Under the pieces are notes generated by a model that made no database searches, was not told where the DNA came from, and saw only the letters and a program-made list of their open reading frames with translations. 64,000 nt of DNA from Octopus vulgaris (Eukaryota), in assembly GCA_951406725.2 (NCBI GenBank), contig OX597825.1, forward strand, positions 39,370,001-39,434,000, read 5' to 3'. The stretch's first letter is position 1; every line of letters starts with the position of its first letter. This document shows, in pieces, positions 40,604-54,802 of the stretch. The translations under genes were made by a program, and so were the position numbers.

Positions 40604-42480
40604 ACTAGCAGTAATACCCGTCGTTGATCGGGTATTTACTGTTACAGTTTCTCAGGAGCCACATTTAAAGTATTATTATATATACAATTTACTCTTCCCA
40701 TATGTTTATATGTTTTAAGAGAGAAACATGTAAGACAGCTGAATTGCATACTTGTGTTTGTTTATTATTTGGCAATAATAAATGTTGATGTTATTTTATT
40801 TATTAATAAGGTAATGGCAATTATATAATATTGTAAGAGAAAAAACATGTAATAATTGAAGTACGAAAAATATCAATTTCATACATGAATTTGTGTTTGC
40901 TTATTATATGATAATAATATGTGAGATATATGCTACTTTATTCATCAATACAGTAATGGCAATTATATAATACAGTTAATTTCAATAGGTAATTTACTCA
41001 TTATTGAATGTAATAATAATAATGTTAAATTAAGTTATTGAAGTATATCATGTTGCGTTAAGAGTGAATAATGCTTTATAAACAATATAGTTGTTTTATT
41101 TCTTGGGAGCAGAATTAAAAAAAATTGCTTTTGTTCCCATACATGATGCTCCAATATAAAGTTTGCTATGTGAAAAGAATTGTTCTTCAAGTTGTAAGCT
41201 ATCAACTTCTAGTGCTTCGCCTTGACTTTTATTAATGATAATGGTCAAAGAAACACGGATTGTAAATAGTTACACCATTGAACTTAAAATCGATGGTGTA
41301 ACTGGTATGCCAGAAATAAAGACGGTCTTATCTAATTAGTGACAATTTTTGCCTCAAAGCAGTTTATCGTGTGTTTGTGCACAATTAATGTTGTACTATC
41401 GCATAATTTTGATTGAGACAAATTATGTAATAACACAGTAGAAGTCCATTTTTGTCAGGTGAAGAATATGAGGAGCTGCATCGGGTGGTTCTTGTGAGTT
41501 CAAAAATATAATGGGGTAATTAGCAACATCAACAACTCTGTCGATTGAGCTCTAAGGGAATACTTTTCCAGGAAATTTATTCAGTAGCATGTCATTAAGG
41601 CTATGTACAGCAACAAATTTTGGAACCAGGATAAGTGGCCCACAGATTCTATCTGCATTATTGTAATTATGAGGAGTATTTGCAAATATTACATCCACCA
41701 CATCATCGACGGAATCAGTTGAATTATTATTGGACTGAGTGTAAGACACTCTTCTCTATCAATTGAAACTCACCCTTCACCAACTTTCAAAAGCTGCTCT
41801 GCAAATATTTCAGCTGATTGGTTACTTGAAAGCTTCGATCTCATATAATAATTGAAGTACAAAAAAGTTCAATTTCATATGTGAACTTCTGTTTGTTTAT
41901 TATATGAACGTAATAAGTGAGTTGTACGTTATTTTATTTATAGATACAGCAATGACAATTATATAATACACTTCATCTATATAGGTAATTTACTCATTCT
42001 TGAATGTAATGATAGGAAAGGCAAATTAATTTATTTCAATTTGAATTAAGTGTGAGTAATTATTTATAGACAATGTTTTTGTTTTATTTCGGGGTGCATA
42101 AGCAAAAAGATTTGCTTTTGCTTCCACACATGATACTCCTATATAAAGTTGGCCCTGTGAAAAGCGTGGATCTTCAAGTTGTAACCCATCAACTTTTAGT
42201 GTTTAGTGTTTAGCCCTTACTTTTATTAATGCTCATGGCAAAAGAAACACGGATAGGAAACTGTAAATGCTTAAATTGGAATGGTGCATTACATGGTATA
42301 ACTGCTATGCGAGGAATGAAATCGGTCCCACGTTTACCACAACCAGTGAGAATATTTGCCTAAATGCACTTCGTCATAATTTTGTGCACAATCAATCTTG
42401 TACTATTGCATAATTTTAGTTAACAATATCTTGATAATCAACAACCCTATCAATTGAGTTACATGATTTACACATCGGAT
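40604..42480 (-). mobile_element. Helitron remnant with a duplicated PIF1 helicase C-terminus
   Basis: 3' end hairpin TACCCG..CGGGTA followed by CTAG. Motifs ILVPKFVAVHSLNDMLLNKFPG, NYP..FLNS and SQG..FSHSKLYIG; a second copy with FSQGQLYIG lies at 42060-42430. Confidence 0.85.
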
Positions 42481-42699
42481 TGAATGTAAGAAATTAGGCA
42501 ATAACATAATAGCTTCCTTTGAGCCAGGTACTTTCCTTGCGCCTGAGAAAGAAAGACAGAATTTCGATTATATATATAGAAAAAAGCATAAAAGCTTCTT
42601 CTGAACCATTTAGTTTCCTTTTGTTGGGCAAACAAACTGACAGAATCTCTCTTTTACATACATAGATTAATTCTATGAAATTCTGCAGTATTCTAAAAT

Positions 42700-43824
42700 A
42701 TTGATTGATACGCATATGAATTTGGAAACTTTTAATTCAATATAATTTATTTTTACAGAATAATCTCTATGAATATATTACTAATATTAACCCAACAAAG
42801 ATAGATATATCGAAGGGACATTTAAGGTACATAATCCTTTATGTGTTCAAAATGGTAATAGTGTAGCAGAAGCTACCCGAAATATTCATTTTGTTTATAG
42901 AGAAAGGTGCTTGAATGAGATAAGTTGCAGAAGATTCTCTGCAATGTTCAAGAATTTTAATTTCCGTCTGAGAGAGAGGCCACGAATAAGTTGCTCTCTT
43001 GAATTTGATAATGAGCGTATCAGAGCTTGATAAAGATAATATTGTATCAGTTGAAAAATTAGCAACTAAACTAAATTCAAACCATTCAACTATTCACTGC
43101 CATCTAAACAGCTCGGAAAGGTTCGCTATGATTTAACATAAGCCAAACAAAAACCATGATTGGATATACGTTCATCGCTTCACTCTCGTGAACGTATCTC
43201 ACCATTTTCGGAAAGATTATTGACTGATGAGGAAAATGAATTTTTTTATGGAAATGTTAATGAATGCTGGCAATGGTTCGGCTGTAGAGAACACGCCAAA
43301 CCACAACCCAAAATGGTTCTTCTTTCCATTTTGTGGGATTGCATTGAATTCAATCACTTTGAACTTCTACCAACTAATGCAACAAATACTGCTCACACAT
43401 ATTGCCAATAATTACAGCATTTGGAAGCTATTTTTAAAAAACAAGGCTTACTTTGGTAAATCGTAAGGGACCAGTGTTTCATCATGATAATTCAAAGGCC
43501 CCCACACTGCAAAGATTAAATCAGAAAAAATTGAAGAACTTGGCTGGAAAAAATCCTTCATCTGCCTTATCCCTAGATCTCACTCGTTCTGATTACCATT
43601 TGTATTGAAGCTTACAGAATCATTTAGATGGATTAGTCTTCAAAAGCCCTAAAGAGGGGGAAAATTGACCTCTCTTTCTTCTTATCAAAGCGGTAAGATG
43701 CTTTCCGCTATGGAATTAGGAAACTGATGAGTAGATGAAAGGAAGTTATCGATAGTGTTGGAAATTACATAAGGCGTAAAGTTGTAATAAAATGTAAAAT
43801 ATTACTTATGGGATTACCTGATAT
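42700..43824 (+). mobile_element. Decayed mariner (DD34D)
   Basis: RLLTDEENEFFYGN, PKMVLLSILWDC..HFELLP, PVFHHDN, DLTRSDYHL..SLQNHLDG. Right TIR ACTTATGGGATTACCTGA|TA. Confidence 0.85.
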
Positions 43825-46800
43825 ATGTATATGATTCTTCTATGTCTAATGATTTAGTACTCACAACAATAATTGGATCGATTGCAGGATTTTAGTGGTT
43901 CTATCCACAGCATTTCTCCCTTCTCATTCTCAATTCTGGATTCAGTGTGGCTACTAAATTTTTCTACGTGTTGAATTAGAGTCCAGTTGATAATTACTTT
44001 TCCAACGAATCTTTGTCAGCAATAGATAGAAGAATATCCAACTCACTCATTCTTTCCCAAGTTCATCGGAATTTATTTCAGTTAAGTATAATCCGCAAAG
44101 CCACCAGTGCAGACAAATTGAGATGGTAGAGAGGTCGACCCTCTGAAACATTGCTTTTGACCTGCATATATTTATTCCTCTACCTCCTCCAAATTTTGAT
44201 TCTATCCTGTGTTAGAGATGGGTTTCCTAAAAGGCAGTTGTACATTTTCCGGAATTTCCGCAACTTGATTCACTTGTGAGAATCAAGTAATTCGTAAAAT
44301 CGATAATATCAAGAATAAAAATGTCAAATTCTTTATTTAATATTTCTATTTCATCAACTTCTCGGTATTCAAAGGTGCAGGTATAATTATTTGCAATGTT
44401 ATCAATCTAAGGAAGTATTTTGAATTTGTTTTAATATTAGGTTAGGCTGACTACTGCATTCTGAAAGAACTACTTGAAGGTGAAACTGTTTAATTCCCTC
44501 GTATATATGTATTTATATATGTACGTACTAGAATATATGTTTTCTTTTGCCTTCCATCGCGTGTCAAACTGTATTATTTCGTTTGTGTAATCATAACGTT
44601 ATGGTTCAGAAGAAAGTTTCATGGAGTAATTTTAAAATATTATGTAATCGACTAAATTCCAGGAAACTGTCCTGTGTGACGTGAGTGCAAGTAAATGATC
44701 CCTTGCTCGGTGGAACTTGGCATTTGTGAAGCATTTCGGTTGCGTGGTGCGATACGCCATATTCAACAAATAATGAATAGGAATGTTTTCCTCTATTTTC
44801 ACATGTGAATCTCGAGGAAAATGTTACAATAAAATGTCTGATGCACTGTCTATTAGAAACGCTGTTACTAAATCGATGTTCCAAGTTTAGTTTAGATAGC
44901 ATAGAGTGAGCGATATATTTGTGATAAATAGAAAAGTGATCACTCTAATGCTGGCACATAGCAAGTTAAATAACGTTTTTACTTTACAGTTCAATGTATA
45001 TAACTTGATAATGCAATCACTCTCTATATATTAAATATAAAATAGATGTAGCTTGACATAACATGTAACATATTTTTTGCAAGAGATATAACTATACAAA
45101 GTGACATCTCGCTTTTCGCTTTTGATCATGTTGTATATTCCAAAGTATTAGGGAACGTAATCTGTATAACACTGCTTATAATATAATATATCAGACGTAT
45201 ACTGATATACCCTGTACGTAAGGGATATCAAACAAGTATTACTGCCATGTTATATTTCTCCCGATAAATGAATAGACACTGGTGTCATTGCTACAAATAT
45301 AAATGTTATTTGGTTATCATCCTTAAATTTTATGATTTTCCATTTTGCAGTTTCTTTTATATTTCACCTCTGGACTCATGAATATATATTTATTTCTTTT
45401 GTTATACACGAATATCTAAGGTTATTCTGAAAATAAATACCGAATGGGTATATTTCATTCCTTGTTTCCTCCCGCTTTCCAATTCGTTGGATTCTATGAA
45501 AGAATGAAAAGGATCTAATAATTCTATAGAATTATCATGGTTGTCGGCCATATCGATCTAAATATACTTTTACCGTATTTCATAACTGCTATTGACAACT
45601 GAAAATGACATACTCTCATCTTACATATACCTTGCTTTGGAATATTAGAAATATAGCGAGGGATCAAATACGTATACCATACAATAATATTTGTACAAAG
45701 AAATCAGAATAAAAAGCAGCTTTAGATTTATTATATTGAAAGTTTAAATATAGATGATGCATCGACAGCGATTTATAGGAGTTGTTTGTTTGAATTTTTT
45801 TCATCCGTACAATACCTTTTGCTCCTCCAAAAATTACATGCATATAACACTATTCAATAATAAAGCTGGCTTGAAAGGAGGAAACCTATGTATATACAAA
45901 TATTTGTATTAAGGCCGCAAAAGGCTACTGAGGAAAGACTTTCGCACTATAGAATATTGAAAAACATTTAATTAGGATTATTCACAATAAAGAACAATGC
46001 ATAATTGTCCCTCTGTAACTTGCTATAAAAAGAAATATTAGTGTACTTAACACTATTTACTCTCAAATATTTTGGGTATCTGATATAATGAAGTACCCTT
46101 AATCAAAGAAACGTAATATAGGTGATCAAAACCCTATAGATATCTAACCAAAGTAAAATACCCACTTGTATAATCTATCCAACGCATTCATACAGGCAGA
46201 TGCTCACTTACAGTTCCTCGTAAATTTCATGCAAAAGATCAAGATTTCTGAAGAGAGAGCATAAATTAATTTACATGTAATTATATGTGTCTTTGTATAT
46301 GCATTTATATCTATAGTGAATTTATACTACTCGCGTACGGAGACACTGAGATTGAAGTTGCCAAAGTTGTAAGCCTTCACCGTTTCAATCTGCATACTTG
46401 TAAACAACTACCACCTAGTCACACAAATAACAGGCGTAACATTCAACGAATTAAATTATATGGCTTTCAGCACAATCTATAATAAAATTCTTAACAAACA
46501 AACTCTGTTCCACAGTAGCTGTGGTCTTAAATCATAGCAATTTAAACAAGATTTACGATTTGATTGAATATATACGCGCGAAAATTTTATTGTATTGCAT
46601 TCCTTAAAATAATTTGTCCACAAAAATGAAAACAGGTAAGAGTCAAGGAAGATAGACTAATTGCCGATAACCTCGCTGCAAATGCAACAAATTTTGAAAC
46701 AACAAAATTTTATGGAATGGAAGTTGCAAGGAAATGAAGTCACAAATCAAGACCTGGTCGTACATCATTAACAACAGAAAAGACAACAACTACAATAGCA

Positions 46801-47843
46801 CGAATAGTAGCACTAACAAAGACAATATCTACGCGTGCAGCAGGGTCTGAGGTAACAACAACAGTCGGGGCATGAAGAGAACCAACAGCGAACTCATGTG
46901 CAATAACAGCTATTTTGGCGGAAAATATGAGCAATAAAAAAATAATAGCTTCGCAGTATTATTAAAACTCAGAGACCTCCTGCCACTCGCCCTATTCTGT
47001 CTACTCTTATATCTACAGACACATGTATACGCAAGCAAGAAGTCTCGTTTTGCTACTTCCAAGTCATTAGGAATACATCAAAGTAACGAAATGAAAATTA
47101 AAAACACTGTAAACATGAACCGGACTTCGACCTAGATAAGTACCTTTAACATGAACACAGTGGCTGGTAATTGATCACATCTTTCCCGATACACATACAG
47201 GAGCAATTTTCAACAAAAGAAGATAGGTAATTCTGGAGTAGAGGGACAAATAATTCGAAATATATTGAGGTGACTAGGAAACATATTGCAGTTCATAAGC
47301 TGGGAGAGAAATTAGTCCTTGACAATTTCTTCAACGCAAATCATGAGGATTGTGCTTTCCTATTCTGGTCATGAACACTAAGATATGAGGGAATAAAAGA
47401 TATTCGATATGTTCCGGTAGGAGAAGCGACAAGTTGAAAGAAATAGACAACCTGGTAATTGAGGGCAGCCGGGGCGCGAAATTATTTTTTCATGTAAGTT
47501 CCAGATACCAGTAATGAACTCAATTGCATACAATTAATGAGATCTCACCTTGAAAATCTACAGCAATACGATACAACAGATCAATACCAATATTTTAAAT
47601 TAGGAATGTACAAAATCAGTAAAAAAAATTTAGGAAACTATGCTCATTTTCAATTTCTAGTAAATTACGAACTTGTCAACACTTATGGCATCATAGATGA
47701 GCAGCTCTCGTTTGACATTATGCACTAAATTTCACTTTTGTCGCCCCTATTAACTCGTTTAGAACAGATTTTGCTATAACGCACATTTTCCACTGAACCC
47801 AACTAGAATATTTTCGTGAATAAGTGGACACTAGTTTCTTAGT

Positions 47844-47993
47844 CGAGCTCTGATTGACTGTATGCAAATGAGTTCATAAATAGAGTGCGGAACTCGTGTG
47901 CGAAAAAATTTCTTGGCCCGCTGGCGAATTTTTTGACACCAGTGTTCCGGACCCCAGAAATTAACTCATTTGTATAGAGCTAATCGGAGGTCT
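47844..47993. mobile_element. MITE-like inverted-repeat element, with a lone arm at about 48381-48430
   Basis: GAGCTCTGATTGACTGTATGCAAATGAGTT pairs imperfectly with AACTCATTTGTATAGAGCTAATCGGAGGTC. Confidence 0.55.
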
Positions 47994-48449
47994 ACTTGAC
48001 CTTGTCAAGTTAACAAATAAACTACCAAGTAACCTCAAGACGAAGAACGATGTGTAAGTCGATCGATCGCCAAGTTTGCCTGATCTTAGAAGACAATTAG
48101 ATAGATTTGCATTTATACCTATTATCGGATGTCTTTTAGGGCCCCATATGGTAGAGATGTGGATGGGAAAAATGTGAGTAGAGGGTGATGTGCTAGCAAC
48201 ACTCTCCCCTTATTGTTTTACAAAGTAAACCAGAACACAAAAGTAAACCAGAAATGGTTGAAACAAGAACAAGATCAACAAGAATTCTTAAAAGTGAAAA
48301 CAAGCATGATGATTCCTTACCCAACTGACATTATCTTATCGTCCATCACTTATTATGCACTCATAAGTTAGTTTGAGATTCGAGCTCTGATTGCCTGTAT
48401 GTAAATGAGTTTATAACTGGGAACTGGAACAAAAATTTCGCAGTCAGGG

Positions 48450-49550
48450 CAGGCAAGTGTGAGTTTCATCTATGCAGAATTTCGCTCAGTACTTTATGGC
48501 AGACCGTATTTCATTGAGGTGGGCTTTACCACGCATTGCGCTGACCTTCCCTTGAATTCCTCTTTTACCTTTATATGAGAAACTTTCTCAAAGGAATCTT
48601 GAGACATATTTTGTAAAACGGTAACTTAACAGCCTTTCTGCACAAGTTGTGGTGAACAAGATGGGTGATTATACCAGCTCGTGTTCATAATTCTGTTAAA
48701 ACGAGTTGAAATTTTAAACTTGATGGTAGTCAATATGTTGGTACTCCTTACTGATAACTAGTCAATGATGGGCAGATTGCACCTTCCCAAAGTTTTCTAA
48801 CATCCACAATAAATGATAAATCATAAATAAGGGTTTTAAGAGTATAGGCATGGGCGACATACTGATCAATTGATGTGAGTGAAATTTGCAGTACGGCTGG
48901 TCATCAACGTTTGAGGATTGTAAATACCGCGACTGATTTCTCTGTCCATTCCAAAGGTTCTAGCGCCATATTATATGGCTGTAGCTTCTCTACGGATAAT
49001 ATGGCAAACTATCGGAAGCGCCGTATACCAAGCACCCAACCGTTATGGCTTGCACTTCAAGACAATTTTGTACATGCTAGTGTTAATATCACCAGCATGG
49101 ATGTTTGTATGTGTTTTCTTTTTCGTTTGCAGGCAGCACAGCTGAGATGTGGGAGAGCTTTGTCAGTATATGAATAGGATCTGGTTTGGCAGGTACCTCA
49201 GTGTAGGAAGAAAGGTTTTGATCAGAGTAAATATTTCAAACAGAGAAGGCCTAAAGGGTTCTATCCTTCGTATGTAAGGAGAATAATGTGAAATCATATA
49301 TAGCATTGCTCATATGGGAGTCGTGTCTTGCATCGCTTTCCGACGAAGGTGCTTGCACTTCCTCTTTTAGTGAAAGGGGTTTGTATTTCGTTGATAGGAC
49401 GAAGAATTTGCTTTCACACTCCAGGTCTCTGTATTCGTCGGACATTGATGATGTATCTCCAAATGCGCAGGCCTGCAAGCAAAAGGACAACAATCTTCAA
49501 CAAAATTCAAGAATAGGCACCAAGCGTTCAACAATCAGATAAACGAGAAT
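48450..49550 (-). mobile_element. Possible very decayed L1/Tx1 ORF2 3' region
   Basis: Frameshifted CRPC...KTL....C..VRKLWE resembles the C-terminal zinc motif. Composition is coding-like, but the evidence is weak. Confidence 0.35.
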
Positions 49551-49617
49551 ACTCAACGGAATCACAAGGGTTTAAACAAAAGTCATTAGATTAACGCCTT
49601 CTCTACTACCAAAACGG

Positions 49618-50880
49618 TCATTTTGTTTATTGCCACTGAGGTCCCAACACAGAAGAGACAGCACTAGGAAAGACAACACAAAGTGGGTACATAAAACATA
49701 AACGAATGAATGAAATACAATATATAATAAATGCGGGTGGATTGTCTACTCGAGCCCCTCTATCGAGTAGTACCATTTAACTATTTTTTCCTTCAATGTT
49801 ATCGATTTTAAATAAAATTAAATCTTACATTATCGGATCATGTATTGTTTCAAGTTCTCGCATAGGTAGAGAGTCATATCTCACCTCTGGTCCCAGTGGG
49901 TTTGTGTCATTGCCACAAATTCCATTTAGTTTTTCGTATCTCTCGATATTTATTAGTCTGCATTTTATGTTTATTGAATAGTATCTTACAGGAATTTTAA
50001 CTCTTATTGCCGATTTAATTGTTTAAATGATTCTCTCAATGGCCGTGCTCATCACATAGGTCATTAAATGCCCTACATTTGTAACTGGCTTGAGATGTCT
50101 GTGTGTCTGCTTCTGCGTCTTCGTGTTTCTGGGTAGTTTGGGATGATTGTGTTTGTCTTGAGTGTTTGCGGAGGTGAGGTAAACTGTATGGGTGCGATTT
50201 CTATATTTGTATTTTGTGTGTTGGGTGCTTGTGTGTTACTTGTTTCTTTCTTTTTCTTTTTGTTCAGGTTCTTTGAGGGGGGAAGTTTTTAGTTCCTTTC
50301 TCTTTCTGCTCTGCACCTTCTTGGAACTCTTCATCCATACTTTCCACATTTGTTGCTTCTATGGTTTCCTCTGTCCTCTCGACTTTGTTCCTGTTCGCGA
50401 TCTGCTCCTCCTCCATTGGTTTATGGTTGCGTAATAGGGAATAGTTCACCTTTATGTGTCTCCTCGTTCTGCAATGGTAGCAGATGGGAGGTCTCACTTC
50501 TTGAGGCAGCTCAATTTCCTCCACTATTTCTTCTAAGTCCTGTGGGGTTGCCTGGGTTACAACTTCCAGGGCATAGCGCCATCAGTCCAATTGCTTTGTA
50601 TGACTCGCATTATTTTTGGGTCCTCTTTTGTTCCCATCAATATTGCTGCCAACAACAACATCTCAGCTATCTCGGGGGGCACCCTGCCAATCCTTACACT
50701 CGCCACACATTTACAGAGATAGGTTGGAAAGAGTACACATTCCTCCGTTTTCAGTGTCGTAGTAGAGTGCTTTGTTGCTTCCTCTATGGTAGCACAATGC
50801 ACTACCACTATGTCAGATCTACTTCCTCTACAAAAGAATTGGATGTCATTCCTGATTGTTTTCATAGCTTCTTCACTTAT
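49618..50880 (-). mobile_element. ORF1-only (HAL1-like) gag-type element with a LINE-type 3' tail
   Basis: IQFFCRG..LFPTYLCKCVASVRIGRVPP, knuckle PPICYHCRTRRHIK, an E-rich region and C-terminal GICGNDTNPLGPEV. No RT before the tail ..GTACCCACTTTGTGTTGTC..GTGGCAATAAAC. Confidence 0.72.
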
Positions 50881-50882
50881 GC

Positions 50883-50952
50883 TTCCTACTGACGAAACTA
50901 GCCTCAGTAAATATATTTTTTATGGAATGAGTTAGAAACCATGGTCTAGGAA
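50883..50952 (+). ncRNA. Intact type I hammerhead ribozyme
   Basis: TTCCTA-CTGACGA-AACT...AGTTA-GAAAC-CATG-GTC-TAGGAA. Perfect 6-bp stem I, complete core, palindromic loop III and a GUC triplet. Confidence 0.88.
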
Positions 50953-51234
50953 CTAAATTAGATGGTAAACGTTTTTAATTTTCAATCCTTTCGAGAATTC
51001 CTCCATAATTAGTGGTTTGAGTTTTCTGATGGTCTTTCTAGCAGAAGACTTTCCTATTTGGAGGCCTCTTAATGTGTTCTAATGTACACGATATTTTTAT
51101 GTGAATAATATATAGTCTAGTGAGTATTTTTTGTGCCAGGTAATAATAATTTTTCTATAATTCTTATAACCCAAATATTTATTATGTTTATATATATATA
51201 TATATATATGTTTGTGTGTTGCATATGTTTTTGT

Positions 51235-51410
51235 GCTTGACAACCGATGGTGGTGTGTTTACGTCCCCGTAACTTAGCGGTTGAGCAAAAGAGGCCGATA
51301 GTACTAGGCTTACCATGAATAAGTTCTTGTGTCGATTTGCTCGACTAAAGGCTATGCTTCAGCATGGCCGCAGTCAAATGACTGAAGCAAGTAAAAGAGT
51401 AAAAGAGTAA
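51235..51410 (+). mobile_element. 3' half of the SINE family seen at 26664
   Basis: GCTTGACAACCGATG..GTCCCCGTAACTTAGCGG..CAGCATGGCCGCAGTCAAATGACTGAA..(GTAAAAGA)n. Confidence 0.85.
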
Positions 51411-52337
51411 ATGTGTAAGATGAATAATTTCGAAATTTACGCATGCATATCAGACAAATTTACTCGCGCAAGCGTAAATGTATAGATACATTGATATATA
51501 TACAAGCTCTCCTTTTCAAAACACTTACATGCAGAGGTGCAGGCCTATATGTATCACTGAGTTGGTTTGATATGGAAGAAATATCACTTTAATACCAGTA
51601 TTACTATTATAATTATGCTCTTATATTTCTTTCCAATCAGGATGTTATACGACCTTAAAAAATTAAGCATTTCAATTCGAGTCCTAAAATATTACCGAAC
51701 CTTATTACAAACTACAAAGTTTTTATTTTCGGTGATATTATTGTTAATGTTTTTGTAGGTTCTAGGCTGAAATATTTATTGGTGTTTGCTTTTTTCGATT
51801 TGTAGCTCAGCCCATTTAGTAATCAAGATGCCAGCATTTTGCGTTTATCAGTTAAATGTTTCAGCCAGAAATTTCAAATCTTGTGCCTTAGTTCTTTCCA
51901 CTTGTATAAAGTTTGCAGTAATATGGGTTACGTTTTCAGTTATTGTGAGTGTCCGTCATCATCATCATCATCATCACCATCATCAGTAGTAGTAGTAACT
52001 GTACTATTATTATTGTTATTATTTCTTCTTGAAATAGATATATGGAAAGAGGAGGGACGGAGGTGAGGGATAGTGTGGGAGTGAAAGAGGTGGTGGAGAA
52101 GAGTGAAGGGGATGGTGGAGAGAGAGAGACATGGAGTGAGAGTGAGAGAGTGAGTGGTTCTTATCATTTTATTAGCCCCATTATTAATCACGTCGTTATT
52201 GCAATTAGTTTTACTGATTACTACTCATCCCGGATTACTTCAACTTTTCACACACACACGCACACACATACACACGCACACACATACACACACACAAAAC
52301 ATACATACATGCATACATACATACATACATACATACA

Positions 52338-52373
<36 letters not shown>

Positions 52374-53481
52374 TGCATGTGCAAATGCATCGAAGAAATC
52401 ATTCATAAAATTTTTCGAGTGGAACTCGTACCTGTCAGAATATTTTAACAATTCATTAAATACAATTCATGATTAGGAATCACTCAGCGATAAATGGCAA
52501 ACTCTCAATGTATATACAAAAATACACAATGTTTTGCTATAATTGCTTAAATGGTTGAGAAATTTTCAACTTAATTATAGCTGTCATATCAAATACACAC
52601 ATACACATATACACAAATGCACACACACATACACATATACACTCATACATATGTATGCATGTATAGTTATATGTATATGTGTTTTGGTTGTGCGCGTGTG
52701 TCTGTGCGTTTGGCCTTGTTAGCCTTCTTGGCATGCGGATGTAAGTTTGTGGATTGTAAGATTTTTACATTAACTGAAATGAAAGCCATTCCATTTGTAA
52801 TAATCACAAACACATAGTATGAAACTTACCATTATAACGAATCAATCTCTTGTTTCCAGGATTTCTCTCTAGTGAATGTAACAAAGATGTAAAATATGCA
52901 TAGGGCATGATAAGACCGATTAAAAACTAACATATGGTAATATTTGAGTAGCTTTTACCGCGCAAAATATGGGTGCATAATACTAACGTTCTAAACCATA
53001 TAAATTTGAATTTTCAAACAGAATGCGATGCGCCATAGTTTCAAACAGAATGCGCCAGAATATCAGTGTATTTAAGAAAAGAATGCTAATATACATAAAT
53101 AAATTTAAAGATTTTTCGGAAATTTTTGCCATCCCCAATGCAGATGTGCGCATCTATTCCATTTATCCGACAACAGCAATGACGGGACGGTAACAACAAC
53201 AACGACCAGACGTGGGCGAACAGACAAACACAGTGACTTACATGAACCGTACAAGAAATCGTGTTCAGGGGCTGAAGGGAGTGTCATAGTGCTACTGATA
53301 ATAATGTCACCCACAAACATGTACAAACATTCACACAAACACACACGCATGGGCATATAAGGATACATTTCATAGGAGAACATAATGGAATAAACTGAGC
53401 AAAAGCACACACGAAGACAGAAAGTGTCACAGAGGAGGTCACATATTTGTGATGATAGATTTCTGGACAAATGACACGAGT

Positions 53482-53528
<47 letters not shown>

Positions 53529-53558
53529 ATGTATACATACATATATATATACATATAC

Positions 53559-53590
<32 letters not shown>

Positions 53591-54459
53591 TTGTATATAT
53601 ATGTATGTATGTATATATATATTTGTATGTATGTATATATATATATATAAGTTATGTGTTTGCAACCTCTTGAAATGAACATTCCTCATATGTCACATTT
53701 CAAAGAGAATCTATCATTTTTCTGAATATATATAGCTGATATCATCAAATTCAATGAAATATATTAAAATTCTCAGCTTGAGATAAATTAATATCTTCTA
53801 CGATTATTTTTGTATCTAAAGGTGTATAATGCAAAGAAAGATTGGAATTCGCAGAATTATATTCATAGAATTGCATTAATTAACGTTTTCTGATTTTTTC
53901 CTATTTCCGTAATAATAAATTTTTCTAATCAATAATCCTTTATCAAATGACTTTCTTCAGACAAACAGAAAAATATTAAATATGTTTGATTAAATTTGAT
54001 TCATTTTTCGAGTACTCGACCAAAGCGTTCTAGTATTGAATAGATATATCTCGTCAAGTTTAGGTATATATATAACGGAGGCCGTTGGCTACGCCATGCT
54101 CATTTCCGGAATTTAATTTCAAGGCAGAGTACAATGAAATCTCCGGAGTTAATTTTTTCTCTTACCTGTAGTGTAAATTGTTATAGTAAAAATGCTCATA
54201 TATTTAGGACTAGACTAACAAAAACCGCATTCAGTTCGAATTTTATATCTCAACTTGCAAACAAACCCGTCCTTTGGACAGTTTAAGTTGCTTTGGTAGT
54301 ATTTTTTTCACTTTCTTCCAGGTGACACCTGAGCTCAGCGAGCCGTTTGCTCAGTGGTCTCTCCAGTGGTGATCACTGATAAGCTTTAATCTTATAAAAT
54401 ACGATGATTATTATTTACAGAAGTGTACAAATCGATGCTGCTTAACAAAAACCTTCACA

Positions 54460-54509
<50 letters not shown>

Positions 54510-54557
54510 TTATTATTATTATTATTTCTAAATCTCTGTAAAGGAGACTAGGGCAGC

Positions 54558-54802
54558 GGTACTGGATATTAATATTTATCGCCAAGCTAATATGGCAGTC
54601 AACAAATATAGGACGAAAGCTGGCATTGATTAGCTCGAAGAAGACATCGCCTCTAGCTAGCTATATGACACACCAACAGGTGGATACAGGTTCGTGTGTC
54701 ACATAGCTAGCTAGAGGCGATGGCTTCTTCGAGCTAATCAATGGCAGCTTTCGTCCTATATATGTGGACTGCCATATTAGCTGGGCGATAACTATTAATA
54801 TA
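54558..54802. repeat. Long near-perfect palindrome (arms about 112 bp, spacer about 20 nt)
   Basis: 54559-54673 is the reverse complement of about 54694-54801 with few mismatches, between (TA)n tracts. Confidence 0.92.

Noticed and set aside
43870-44460. Pseudo-coding stretch next to the mariner
   Set aside because: Multiple stops in the frame I read and no diagnostic motif.
47100-47560. Possible Merlin/IS1016-like transposase remnant
   Set aside because: Only a faint F.D..TGA similarity; not supportable.
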